A stretch of 64,000 bases of DNA from an uncultured Gemmatimonadales bacterium (lineage in GTDB: Bacteria; Gemmatimonadota; Gemmatimonadetes; Longimicrobiales; Gaopeijiaceae): NCBI GenBank assembly GCA_963823035.1, contig CAWGKG010000018.1:32001-96000 (forward strand), read 5' to 3'. The notes below the pieces were generated by a model. That model was not told where the DNA came from, did not search any database, and saw only the letters and a program-made list of their open reading frames with translations. Position numbers and translations under genes: made by a program. The stretch's first letter is position 1; the number at the start of each line of letters is the position of its first letter. This document shows positions 9,558 through 19,699 of the stretch, in pieces.

Positions 9558-10634
9558 TCAGTCGGCGGAGGTCAACGCCTCCATGCGCGCCACCCCGTCG
9601 AGCCCCACGATCGCGTGCACGACCTGGTCGGCCAGCTCCGCGTCGAACCAGTGGCCCAGCTCCGCCAGGGCGCGGAAGGACGCCCGGCCCTCTTCGTAGG
9701 CGCGCTCGAGCACGGCGCGGGCCGAGTCCCGGAAGAAGCGCTCGACCACGCCCTCCTCGATGGGCGCATCACCCCGCAGGCGTTGCAGGGCCGCCTTCTC
9801 TGCCTCGGTACCGTGGTGGTGGATCTGGGAAGTCAGCAGGTTGTGGCTGCGCCGCCCGAGATCGAACTCGAAGTCGGTCAGGTCGTCGACGATCTGGAAC
9901 GCCGTGCCCAGACGGGCCACGGCGGGCTCGGCCGCCCTGACCCGCTCCGCCGCATCCCCGGACTCCACCACCATCGGCGCCGCGAAGGCGAGCGCGAAGA
10001 GCGCCCCGCCACGGACGCGGTGTACCGCCTCGACCATCTCGTCGGGGGTGGGGATCTCCTCCACCCCGCCCTCCTCCGACCCTTCGAGCGTGCCGATCTC
10101 CGCCATCCGGTCCAGGAGCGCCCGCAGGATCGCGTCACGCTGCGCGCCGTCCAGGACGCCCCCGTGCTGCCCACGGTCCAGCGTGCGGCGCAGGAGCCGC
10201 TCGAACGACATGAGCTGGAGGATGGAGCGGAAGCGGGCACCGGCCACCGGCGCCAGCGGGAGGAGGCTCTTGTCCTGGTCGTCGAAGATGTTGTCCGCCG
10301 CGGTGATGGTGCCCTTGATGCAGAAGTTCAGCTCGGCATAGAGCCGGAGCCGCTCCGCCGGTACGCCCAGGGACGCGAAGATCGAGCGGAAGAGGATGAG
10401 GAAGAAGTACTCCTGCACGAAATGCAGGCCCTCGGGGCGGAGCGCCTCCTCTGCCGTGGGGACGTGCGGCTCCTCCCCGCGGAAGCGGGCGCCGAGGACC
10501 TCGCGCAGGTCGGCGTACAGCACACGCACCGCTTCCGCCTGCGCCTCGATATCGGGTGCCAGGCGGCGCCACACGCCGTTCCGCTCCAGCAGCCGCACGG
10601 CCGTGGGAGAGCGAAACACGGGGGAAAGCGTCAT
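9558..10634 (-). CDS. Class I isoprenoid synthase / polyprenyl-synthetase-fold protein (atypical)
   Basis: Asp-rich motifs ADNIFDD and LGTAFQIVDDLTD; all-helical. Confidence 0.75.
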   Translation of the reverse strand: MTLSPVFRSPTAVRLLERNGVWRRLAPDIEAQAEAVRVLYADLREVLGARFRGEEPHVPTAEEALRPEGLHFVQEYFFLILFRSIFASLGVPAERLRLYAELNFCIKGTITAADNIFDDQDKSLLPLAPVAGARFRSILQLMSFERLLRRTLDRGQHGGVLDGAQRDAILRALLDRMAEIGTLEGSEEGGVEEIPTPDEMVEAVHRVRGGALFALAFAAPMVVESGDAAERVRAAEPAVARLGTAFQIVDDLTDFEFDLGRRSHNLLTSQIHHHGTEAEKAALQRLRGDAPIEEGVVERFFRDSARAVLERAYEEGRASFRALAELGHWFDAELADQVVHAIVGLDGVARMEALTSAD

Positions 10635-10701
10635 GGGCGTGACCTGCGTCGGATCGCGTGGACTCGGCGAAACAGCAATCTAATCGGACGGGATGCGGAG
10701 A

Positions 10702-11481
10702 CTAGGGTCGCGCCGCGATGTGCCTTCCCGCCATCGCGAGCCCGTAGAGCGTGAGGAAGGGCTCGAGGCGGTCCAGCGTGCTCAGGTGCCGGCCCAGGAG
10801 CTTCACGAACCCGCCCGTGCCCACCACGAGCACGTCGGGACGGCCCCACTCCTCCTTGATGCGCCGGACCGTTCCGTCGATCGCGTCCACGGCGGAGTAG
10901 AAGACGCCGCTCTGGATGCACGTCTCGGTCCGCCGGCCGATGACCGACTGCGGCGGCTGCAGCTCGACGCGTGGCAGCTTGGCCGTGCGCCGGTCGAGCC
11001 AATCCAGCCCGGCGGAGAGCCCCGGCGCGATCACGCCGCCCATGAAGACCCCGTCGGCCGTGATGCAGTCGAAGGTGGTGGCCGTCCCGAGGTCGACCGC
11101 GATGGTGTCCCTCCCGTACAGCTCCCGCGCGGCCAGCGTGTTCACGATGCGGTCCGCGCCGACGGACTTGGGCTCCTCCACGTCCAGCGTGATCGGAAGG
11201 GAGGAATCCGGGCCGATCGTGACCGCCGGGCCGCCGGTGATCTCCTCGAGGCTCCGCTTCCATACGAACGTGCTGGACGGGACCACCGAGCCCACCACCG
11301 CCTGATCGATGGCGCCCGGGTCCGCACCGACGCCCGCGAGGAGGGCGCGCAGCAGCGCCGTGAGCTCGTCCGAGGTACGCGGCACCACCGAGCTGATCCG
11401 CCAGTGCGACGTCACCTCCGTCGCCGAGGCCGCGAGCCCCACCACGGTCTCCGTGTTCCCGACATCCACCACGAGCTGCAT
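10702..11481 (-). CDS. coaX: Type III pantothenate kinase
   Basis: VDVGNT, SVVP, VGADR, DLGTATT, GGVIAPG, GTGG. Confidence 0.95.
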   Translation of the reverse strand: MQLVVDVGNTETVVGLAASATEVTSHWRISSVVPRTSDELTALLRALLAGVGADPGAIDQAVVGSVVPSSTFVWKRSLEEITGGPAVTIGPDSSLPITLDVEEPKSVGADRIVNTLAARELYGRDTIAVDLGTATTFDCITADGVFMGGVIAPGLSAGLDWLDRRTAKLPRVELQPPQSVIGRRTETCIQSGVFYSAVDAIDGTVRRIKEEWGRPDVLVVGTGGFVKLLGRHLSTLDRLEPFLTLYGLAMAGRHIAARP

Positions 11482-11501
11482 GCGACCTCCAGGCTTCGTG
11501 C

Positions 11502-12269
11502 CTACGTGATCCTCACGCTCCCCGCCACCACCCGCACCCTCGCTCCATCGGGCCGCTCGAGCAGCAGCGCCCCGTCCACGTCGATCCCACGTGCCACCCC
11601 CTCCCCCGCCTGCTGCGTCGTCACCTTTCGGTCGCGCAGCACGTCCCTGCGGGCGAGCTCGGAGAGCCCGCCGTCGCTCAGGCACGGCCTCGGGGCGGCA
11701 CACGCTTCGACCAGCTCGGCGAGCAAAGCGCCCGCGAGCCTGCCGCGCGATACGACCCCGCCGCTGGCCGTCTCGAGGGAGATCGCCCGCCCGGCCAGCT
11801 CCTCCGGGAACTCGCCCGGCCGTTGACGTACGTTCAACCCGATCCCCACGACCACGGCGCCGTCGGCGCGCTCACAAAGCACGCCCCCGGCCTTCCGCCC
11901 TCCCACCTCCACGTCGTTCGGCCACTTCAGGCCGACCGCCAGTCCCGGACAGAGGGCCTCGACAGCACGCGCCGCCGCCAGTCCCACCAGGAGAGGAAGG
12001 TACGGCGGCACGCCCTCGCCGAGGGGGAGGAGCGTCGACATCCACAGCCCGCGTCCCGCCGGCGAGTGCCAACCCGCGCCGGAACGGCCACGCCCCGCGC
12101 TCTGCTTCTCGGCGAGCACGACCGTGAGGGGCGGCGCTCCCGCGCCGGCCAGCTCACGCGCCCGGTCGTTCGTCGAGCCCAACTCGTCGTGGACCTCGAG
12201 GACCGGCACCCGCCAGAGCTTCGTCCACACGTGGACGGGCTCGCCCTCCCAGTGCGTCAGGAGCCCCAC
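11502..12269 (-). CDS. birA: Biotin--[acetyl-CoA-carboxylase] ligase (no HTH)
   Basis: STND, QSAGRGR, LKWPND, KAGGVL, GIGLNV; GTG start inferred. Confidence 0.92.
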   Translation of the reverse strand: MGLLTHWEGEPVHVWTKLWRVPVLEVHDELGSTNDRARELAGAGAPPLTVVLAEKQSAGRGRSGAGWHSPAGRGLWMSTLLPLGEGVPPYLPLLVGLAAARAVEALCPGLAVGLKWPNDVEVGGRKAGGVLCERADGAVVVGIGLNVRQRPGEFPEELAGRAISLETASGGVVSRGRLAGALLAELVEACAAPRPCLSDGGLSELARRDVLRDRKVTTQQAGEGVARGIDVDGALLLERPDGARVRVVAGSVRIT

Positions 12270-12271
12270 GC

Positions 12272-13135
12272 TCAGCCCACCACGCGCATGGACACGTCGG
12301 CGGACGGCGCCGAGTGCGTGACGGCACCCACGCTCACGAAGTCCACTCCCGTCTCCGCCACGGCGCGTACCGTATCGAGCGTGACGTTGCCGGAGGCCTC
12401 CAGCAGGGGACGGCCATGACCGAGGGCGTGCACGCGCGTGACGGCCCGTCGCAGCAGGGCCGGCGTCATGTTGTCGAGGAGGATCCGGTCCACACCGAGC
12501 GGGAGGACCGCCTCGAGCTCCTCGAGGCTCCGTACCTCCACTTCGATCTCGAGTCCGCGGTCGTTGCCGTCGAGCGCGGCCTTCGCGGCCTCGGCCACCC
12601 CGCCGCAGGCGTCGATGTGGTTGTCCTTGACGAGCACCATGTCCCAGAGGCCGATCCTGTGGTTGGCTCCGCCGCCTGCCCTCACGGCGGCCTTCTCCAG
12701 GAGGCGCCACCCCGGCGTCGTCTTGCGCGTGTCGATGACCCGCGCGCCCGTGCCGGACACCGCGTCCACGAAGCGGCGCGTGAGCGTCGCCACGCCCGAG
12801 AGCCGTCCCAGGAAGTTGAGGGCGGCCCGTTCCCCGACGAGGAGGGAGCGCGTCGAGCCGCGCAGGCGCACGAGCACGTGGCCGTCCTCGACGCGGACGC
12901 CGTCGCCCGCGGCGACCTCGACGGACAGGGCGGGATCCACCGCCCGGTAGACCTCCCGTACGCAGTCGACGCCCGCGACGACCATGTCCTGCTTGGCCAC
13001 GATCACCGCTTCCGAGCGCCGGCTGGCCGGCACCGTCCACAGGGTCGTGAAGTCGCCGTCGCCGACGTCCTCGTCCAGGGCGAGGCGGACGAGGGTCGCG
13101 CGGGCGCGATCGAGGTCGAGGTGTCCTTCCGTCAT
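12272..13135 (-). CDS. nadC: Nicotinate-nucleotide pyrophosphorylase
   Basis: DTRKTTPG, NHRIGL, KDNH, LLDN, EASGNV. Confidence 0.96.
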   Translation of the reverse strand: MTEGHLDLDRARATLVRLALDEDVGDGDFTTLWTVPASRRSEAVIVAKQDMVVAGVDCVREVYRAVDPALSVEVAAGDGVRVEDGHVLVRLRGSTRSLLVGERAALNFLGRLSGVATLTRRFVDAVSGTGARVIDTRKTTPGWRLLEKAAVRAGGGANHRIGLWDMVLVKDNHIDACGGVAEAAKAALDGNDRGLEIEVEVRSLEELEAVLPLGVDRILLDNMTPALLRRAVTRVHALGHGRPLLEASGNVTLDTVRAVAETGVDFVSVGAVTHSAPSADVSMRVVG

Positions 13136-13146
13136 GGCATCCGGGG

Positions 13147-14022
13147 TCAGGTCCCGATGGAGAGCCATCCGCCGGCGACCAGGACCACGAAGGCGGCGCC
13201 GAGCACGAGGCGATACCAGCCGAAAACGGCCAACCCGTGGCGGTTGAGATAGTGCACGAGCCATTTCACGGCCAGCGCCGCCGACACGGTGGCGACGAGG
13301 ATGCCCACGGCCATCGGCGCGAGTCCCAGGGCGGCCAGCGCGGAGGGACCCTCGCCGAGCACGTCCTTCGCGACCTTGAAGGCACAGGCGCCTCCGAGGG
13401 TGGGGAGCGCGAGCAGGAAGCTGAACTCCGCCGCACGGCGGGGTGGGAGCCCGACGAGCATCCCCGCCACGATCGTGATCATCGAGCGGCTGGTGCCCGG
13501 CCACATGGCCAGGCACTGCATCAGTCCGATGAAGAGCGCGGCCCGCCACGTCAGCTCCTCGAGCGCGCGGACCGGCCCGACTCCTCCCTCCGAGAAGCGA
13601 CGCTTCTGCCAACGGTCGATGAGGATCATCACCACCCCCCAGACCACGAGCGCGGCGACGACGGCCGGGGGGTTGAAGAGGCGGGCGTCGATCGCGTCGT
13701 CCAGGAAGGGGCCCGCGACGGCCGCCGGAAGGAACGCGAGCAGGACGAGCCCGAGGAGCCGGCGACCCTCGGGATCGTGCCCCGCGAGGCCCCGCAGCAT
13801 CTGCGTCACGCGCGGCCAGTAGAGGCCGAGCACAGCGAGGATGGCGCCGCCCTGGATGACGATGTTGAAGGCGTCGACGGCCGCCTTGCGCTCCGGAGGC
13901 GCGTCGAGCCCAAGGAGGGCGCTCGCCAGGATCAGGTGTCCGGTGGAGCTGATCGGAAGGTACTCGGTGATCCCCTCGACCACGCCGAGCACGGCCGCCT
14001 GCAGGTACGTCAACTCCACCAC
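13147..14022 (-). CDS. uppP: Undecaprenyl-diphosphatase
   Basis: EGITEYLPISSTGH, PGTSRS, AAEFSFLL. Confidence 0.95.
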   Translation of the reverse strand: MVELTYLQAAVLGVVEGITEYLPISSTGHLILASALLGLDAPPERKAAVDAFNIVIQGGAILAVLGLYWPRVTQMLRGLAGHDPEGRRLLGLVLLAFLPAAVAGPFLDDAIDARLFNPPAVVAALVVWGVVMILIDRWQKRRFSEGGVGPVRALEELTWRAALFIGLMQCLAMWPGTSRSMITIVAGMLVGLPPRRAAEFSFLLALPTLGGACAFKVAKDVLGEGPSALAALGLAPMAVGILVATVSAALAVKWLVHYLNRHGLAVFGWYRLVLGAAFVVLVAGGWLSIGT

Positions 14023-14038
14023 GAGCCGTCCTCCGTCC

Positions 14039-15175
14039 TCAACGCCCGCTGCCGGAGAGCACGCGGTCGTAGATCGCCTCGTATCGCGGCACGACCGACG
14101 CGGCACTGAAGCACTCCTCCGCGCGCCGACGCCCCGCTTCCGCCATGCGCGTGTGCATGCGCGGGTCGCTCAGGATCTCCACGGCCGCCTCCGCCATCGC
14201 GTCCACGTCGCCGACCGGGAGGAGGAAGCCGGACACGCCGTGCTCGACCACTTCGGGGAGGCCGCCGACCCGCGACGCCACCACCGGCGCTCCGCTCGCC
14301 ATCCCCTCCAGGGCGGCGAGGCCGAAGCTCTCGTTCTCCGAGGGGAGAAGCAGGACGTCCGCGCACGCGATCAACTCGTCCACGGAGGCGTGCTTGCCGA
14401 GAAAGACCACCTGCGAGCGCAGCCCGAGCTCCTCGGCGCGGTGGACGGCGCGCGGCCGCTCCGGCCCGTCGCCGACGAAGACGAGCCGCGCCGGCACCTT
14501 CTTCAGGATGCGCGCGAACACCTCCACCACGTCCTCCACGCGCTTCACCGGGCGGAAGTTCGAGATGTGCATGACGATCTTCTCGCCGCCCGGCGCCAGC
14601 GTGCTGCGGTGGCAGGGCTCCTTGCCGGGGCGCCACACCTCCGTGTCGATGAAGTTGGGCACCACGTCGATGCGCTCGCTGTCCACCTGGAAATCCCGCA
14701 CCGTCTCCGCCTTGAGGTACTCGGACACCGCGGTCAGGCCCTGCGAGCGCAGGATCGAGAAGCGCGTGATCGAGCGGAACGACGGGTGCAGCCCCACGAG
14801 CGTGATGTCCGTTCCGTGGAGCGTGGTCACGATCGGGAGGTCCCGCTCCGAGGCGATCATCTCCCTCGCCACCCATGCCGACGTGGCGTGCGGGATCGCG
14901 TAGTGCACGTGGATGAGGTCGAGCGACTCCTTGCGCGCCGTGTCGTCGATGGCCACGGCCAGCGCCAGCGAGTACGGCGGGTGCTCGAAGAGGGGGTAGT
15001 CCTCCATCTCCACTTCGTGGAAGAAGAGGCGCTCCCGGAAGTGGCCCAGCCGGAAGGGCTGCGCGTAGGAGATGAAATGGACCTCGTGGCCCCGGTCGGC
15101 GAGCTGGATGCCCAACTCGGTCGCGACCGCTCCCGATCCCCCGTAGGTGGGATAGCACGTGATGCCGATCTTCAC
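14039..15175 (-). CDS. bshA: N-acetyl-alpha-D-glucosaminyl L-malate synthase
   Basis: KIGITCYPTYGGSG, HVHYAIPHA, TTLHGTDIT, SNFRPVKR, ESFGLAALE. Confidence 0.92.
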   Translation of the reverse strand: MKIGITCYPTYGGSGAVATELGIQLADRGHEVHFISYAQPFRLGHFRERLFFHEVEMEDYPLFEHPPYSLALAVAIDDTARKESLDLIHVHYAIPHATSAWVAREMIASERDLPIVTTLHGTDITLVGLHPSFRSITRFSILRSQGLTAVSEYLKAETVRDFQVDSERIDVVPNFIDTEVWRPGKEPCHRSTLAPGGEKIVMHISNFRPVKRVEDVVEVFARILKKVPARLVFVGDGPERPRAVHRAEELGLRSQVVFLGKHASVDELIACADVLLLPSENESFGLAALEGMASGAPVVASRVGGLPEVVEHGVSGFLLPVGDVDAMAEAAVEILSDPRMHTRMAEAGRRRAEECFSAASVVPRYEAIYDRVLSGSGR

Positions 15176-16200
15176 CGCCGCTCCTCCGTCGTCGTCGTCT
15201 TCGTCCCTGTCCCGAGCTCCCCCGCGGACCGCGCACGACCGGGCGACCACCCGCCCGCGCGCCTCCACGCGTCGAGCACCTCTTCGACCTGCGTCTCCAT
15301 CGGCTCGGTCGCGTCCACCGATCGCGCATCCGACGGAAGCTGGTTCCTGAACCACGTGAGCTGGCGACGGGCGTAGCGCCGCGTGTTGCGGGCGATCTCC
15401 CGCACCGTCTCCTCGGGCGTCGCACGCCCCTCGAAGCATGCGGCGGCCTCCCTGTACCCCGTACCGGTCATTCCGGGTGCGTCGTCCCCGAAGCCGCGAT
15501 CCCGCAGCCTGCGCACCTCTTCGAGCAGCCCGTCGCGCATCATGCGCGCGGCCCGCTCCTCGATGCGTCGATCGAGCTCGTCCCGCGGAACCATGAGGAG
15601 CACGACCACCCCCGACAGAGGCTCCCCGTCCGCCGGCGCGTCGCGGTGCCATGCCGTGAGCGGACGCCCCGACAGCAGCGCCACCTCGAGCGTGCGGCAT
15701 ACCCGCTGCCGCCCTCCCTGCACTGCCAGCCCGGCGCGCTCCGGGTCGAGGCGGCGCACCCAGGCGGCCAGCCGGTCCAACGGCATCCCGCGCAGGTAGC
15801 GTCGCAGCGCCGCGCGCCGTCCGTCGTCCAGGGGCGGCTCGGCGAAGATCGGCTCCAGGAGGGCTCTCAGGAAGAAGCCGGTGCCGCCCACGAGGATCGG
15901 CACCCGCCCCCGGGCGCGGATCTCCTCGATCCATCGCCGCGCATCGCGCGCGAAGCGCCCGGCCGAATAGCGCTCGTCGGGCTCCACGAGGTCGAGGCCG
16001 TGGTGTGGAACGGCGCGCCGCTCCTCGGGCGTCGCCTTGGCGGTGCCGACGTCCATCCCTCGGTAGACCTGTCGGGAGTCCATCGACACGACCTCCCCGT
16101 CGAGGCGTCGGGCCACCTCGATGGACAGCGCGGTCTTCCCCGATGTGGTGGGGCCGGTCAGGGCGAGGAAGGCCGGATCCGGCCGCACGACGTCGATCAT
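15172..16200 (-). CDS. miaA: tRNA dimethylallyltransferase
   Basis: GPTTSGKT, DSRQVYRGMDVGTAK, VGGTG, YARRQLTWF. Confidence 0.96.
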   Translation of the reverse strand: MIDVVRPDPAFLALTGPTTSGKTALSIEVARRLDGEVVSMDSRQVYRGMDVGTAKATPEERRAVPHHGLDLVEPDERYSAGRFARDARRWIEEIRARGRVPILVGGTGFFLRALLEPIFAEPPLDDGRRAALRRYLRGMPLDRLAAWVRRLDPERAGLAVQGGRQRVCRTLEVALLSGRPLTAWHRDAPADGEPLSGVVVLLMVPRDELDRRIEERAARMMRDGLLEEVRRLRDRGFGDDAPGMTGTGYREAAACFEGRATPEETVREIARNTRRYARRQLTWFRNQLPSDARSVDATEPMETQVEEVLDAWRRAGGWSPGRARSAGELGTGTKTTTTEERR

Positions 16201-17948
16201 CCCGTGCGGCCGAACCTCCGCTCGAGCTCTCCCCGCGACAGCCGGACGATGGTCGGCCGGCCGTGCACGTCGTGGTGGGGGAGCTCGGTGGCGAAGAGCT
16301 GGTCGAAGAGGTCCTCCATCTCGGCTTCGGAGAGCCGCTGTCCGGCCTTGATCGCGCCCTTGCAGGCGAACGTCTTTGCGATGCGCTCGTGCTGGTTGCG
16401 GGCGGAGCGCACCAGCTCGGAGCCCTCCGTCAGCTCGCGGATCATCTCCCGGAAGGCACGCTCGGCGTCGAACCAGGGATGGGGATTCGGCACGGCGTGC
16501 ACGATCACGGCGTCCCCGCCGAAGCCCTCCACCTCGAAGCCCGTGCGTGCGAGCAGACCGCCCAGCTCCTCCACCTGCGCGCACTCGGCCGCCGTGAGCC
16601 GGAGTGTGAGCGGAAAGAGCAGGCGCTGGCTCTCCTGCCCCCCGGCCCCGAACGCGCGCATGAGGCGCTCGAACAGCACGCGCTCGTGCGCGGAGTGCTG
16701 GTCGACGATGATGAGCCCGTCGCGCGTCTCCGCGAAGATGTAGGTGCGCAGGACCTGCCACAGGCGCGTGCGTGCCAGCGGTGGCTCCGGAGGGATGGCT
16801 TCCGCGGTGGCGGAGCCCCCGTCGGTCGGCGTGTCCGCGCGACCGGTGGCGAAGAGCACCATCTGCGACGCGTGCGCCGCCTCTCCGGGCGGCTCGGGCG
16901 TCTCACGGACCGCCAGGGTCGGCGGCACCTGGGAGACCTCGAACGTCGCGGCGCTGTCCTCGCCCTCGAGTGCGCGGCGCACGGCTGCCTCCACGGCCTC
17001 CTCGACGGCGGCCTGACGACGGAAGCGCACCTCGGCTTTGGCCGGGTGGACGTTCACGTCCACGGCGCCCGGCCCGACCTGCAGGTACAGGAAGATCCAC
17101 GGTCGCGCCCCGTGCGGGATCGTCGTGCGATAGCCCCGCTCGGCCGCGCGGACGATCTCCGGGGCCCTGAAGGGCCGGCCGTTCACGAAGAGGTGCGCGC
17201 GACGTACCCCCGGGCGGGCCGCGTCGGGGCGCTGGATCAGGCCGCGCACCTCGACGTCCCCCTCCTCGGTGGCGACGGGCAGCAGCGTACCGGCCTCGTC
17301 GCCGGGCCATAGCTGCCCGATGCGTGCCCCCGGCTCGCTCACGGCGGGCGCGTCGAGGAGGGTGCGGTCGTCCGAGGTCAGCGTGAAGCCGACGGCCGGA
17401 TTGGCCAGGGCCAGCGTCGCCACCGCCTCGCTCACGGCGCGTGTCTCGGCCGCGACCGACTTCAGGAACTTCGCGCGTGCCGGCGCGTTGCGGAACAAGC
17501 CGCGCACGTCGATGGTGGTGCCCGGGCGGCGGGCGAAGTCGTCCACCGAGCCGATCGCCCCGCCCCGGACGGTGATGCGCGTGCCGACCTCGTCCCCCGC
17601 CTCGCACGTCTCCACGGTGAGCTGGCTCACCGCGGCGATCGAGGGAAGGGCCTCTCCACGGAACCCGAAGGTACGCACCGACTCCAGGTCGACCGCGGTC
17701 ACGATCTTGCTGGTGGCGTGGCGGTCCAGGCTGAGCAGGGCGTCCTCCCGGCTCATCCCCACGCCGTCGTCGGTGACGCGGATGCGCCGCTTCCCTCCCC
17801 GCTCGACGGCCACCTCCACGCGGCGCGCGTGCGCGTCCACCGCGTTCTCGACGAGCTCCTTCACCACCGACGCAGGCCGCTCCACCACTTCGCCCGCGGC
17901 GATCTGGTTGGCGACCGCGTCCGGCAGGACCTGGATGCGTCGGGTCAC
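16197..17948 (-). CDS. mutL: DNA mismatch repair endonuclease MutL
   Basis: NQIAAGEVVERP, GFRGEAL, DQHSAHER, ACKGAIK, HGRP. Confidence 0.96.
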   Translation of the reverse strand: MTRRIQVLPDAVANQIAAGEVVERPASVVKELVENAVDAHARRVEVAVERGGKRRIRVTDDGVGMSREDALLSLDRHATSKIVTAVDLESVRTFGFRGEALPSIAAVSQLTVETCEAGDEVGTRITVRGGAIGSVDDFARRPGTTIDVRGLFRNAPARAKFLKSVAAETRAVSEAVATLALANPAVGFTLTSDDRTLLDAPAVSEPGARIGQLWPGDEAGTLLPVATEEGDVEVRGLIQRPDAARPGVRRAHLFVNGRPFRAPEIVRAAERGYRTTIPHGARPWIFLYLQVGPGAVDVNVHPAKAEVRFRRQAAVEEAVEAAVRRALEGEDSAATFEVSQVPPTLAVRETPEPPGEAAHASQMVLFATGRADTPTDGGSATAEAIPPEPPLARTRLWQVLRTYIFAETRDGLIIVDQHSAHERVLFERLMRAFGAGGQESQRLLFPLTLRLTAAECAQVEELGGLLARTGFEVEGFGGDAVIVHAVPNPHPWFDAERAFREMIRELTEGSELVRSARNQHERIAKTFACKGAIKAGQRLSEAEMEDLFDQLFATELPHHDVHGRPTIVRLSRGELERRFGRTG

Positions 17949-17953
17949 CGATG

Positions 17954-18732
17954 TCAGTCGTGGAGGTTGTAGAAGCGCAGCGCGTTGGCGGTCGTGCGCG
18001 CGGCCAACGTGCCGAAGTCCACGGCGAGGTGCGCCGCCACCGCCTCCGCGACGTGACGTACGAAGGCGGGCTCGTTGCGCTTGCCGCGCATGGGTACCGG
18101 CGCGAGGTACGGCGCGTCGGTCTCGATCATGAGCCGATCCGGCGGCACCTCCCGCATCAGGTCCGCCACGCCGAAGCTCTTGAACGACGCGATCCCGGAG
18201 AACGACACGTACCACCCCCGCTCCATGGCCACCTCGAACGCCTCCTCCCCCCCGTGAAGCAGTGGAGCACGCCCAGGGTTCCCGCGGGTGCACCGAGCAG
18301 GGCGGCCGCGACGTCGCCGTCGGCCTCTCGGGCGTGCACCACCACCGGCATCCCGAGCTCACCTGCGAGCTCGAGGTGGGCGTCGAAGAGGCGGCGCTGC
18401 ACGTCGCGGGGGGAGTGGTCGTAGTGGTAGTCCAGGCCGGTCTCGCCGAGGGCGACCACCTCGGGCTCGGCGGCCAGGCGGCGCACGTCCTCCATCGCGG
18501 ACCAGGGGGCCGCACCGGCCTCGTGGGGGTGCACACCGGCCGTGCACCAGACGCCGGGGTGGGCGCGCGCCAACGCGAGCGCCTCGGCCGCGTCCACGAC
18601 GTCGGACGCGATCGACACCATCCGCGTCACGCCGGCCTCGCGGGCCCGAACGAACACCGCCTCCCGGTCCTCCCGGAAGGCGGCGTCCGTCAGGTGGCAG
18701 TGGCTGTCGAAGAGCGCCGCTTCGTCCGTCAC
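17954..18732 (-). CDS. tatD: TatD family nuclease (frameshift in the C7 run at 18247-18253, probably a sequencing error)
   Basis: DSHCHL, GVHPH, GETGLDY, HCF in one frame; ETDAPYL, NEPA in another. Confidence 0.9.
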
Positions 18733-19689
18733 ACCGTCGCGGGCTCGGGCTTCGGCTTCTTCTCGCGGATCTTGCCTTCGCCCCACTTCTTCTGGATCTC
18801 GAGCAGCGCCGGCGACGCCACGAAGATCGACGAGTACGTCCCGATCGCGATGCCGAGGATCAGCACGACCGTGAAGTCCTCGATGACGGGGCCGCCCAGG
18901 AGGAGCAGGGCGAGCAGCACGGCCAGCGTGGTGCCGGACGTGAGCACCGTGCGGGGCAGCGTTTCGTTGATGGACTCGTTGAGCAGATCCATCGTGTCGC
19001 GCTTGCGCGCGCCCTTCTTGTGCAGGTTCTCGCGGATGCGGTCGAACACGATGATCGTGTCGTTCAGCGAGTACCCGACGATGGTGAGGATCGCCGCCAC
19101 GGTGGGTAGCGCGATCTCGACCCTGAAGAGGGCGAGGAAGCCCAGCGTGATCAGGATGTCGTGGGCCGTGGCGATCACGGCCGCCAGCCCGAAGCGCAAG
19201 CTCGAAACGGATCGCCAGGTAGACGAGCGTGAGCAGGAACGAGAAGACGATGGCCAACGCCGCCTTCTGCTCCAGCTCGTTCCCCACCTTCGCGCCCACG
19301 AGCTCCGTGCGCACCACGCTGAACGCGTCGTCGCCGAACGTGCCCGACAGCTGCCGCTCCAGACCGGCGGCCACGGAGTCGATCGACATCCCCTCCAGGA
19401 GGGAGGCGCGGATCACGAACTCCGCGTTCTCGCCGAACTTCGTGATCGGCGGCGCCTGAGAGCCGCCCAGGGCGTCGCGCACCTGTCCGGCGGTCACGTC
19501 GTTCGAGTTGAAGCGGACCTGCACCAGCGAGCCGCCCGTGAAGTCCACGCCGTAGGACTGCCAGGAGCCGATGGTGACGATGTTGAACACCATCGCAGCG
19601 ATGCCGATGAGGATGGCGGTTCCCGAAAACACGTAGGCGGTCTTCCGACGTTCGATGAAGTGGTAGTCCGCCCCTTGGAAGAATCTCAT
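18729..19689 (-). CDS. secF: Protein translocase subunit SecF (frameshift near 19200)
   Basis: GVDFTGG, HDILIT, GYSLNDTIIVFDRIRE, GTYSSIFVA. Confidence 0.93.
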
Positions 19690-19699
19690 GGCTGTCGCG

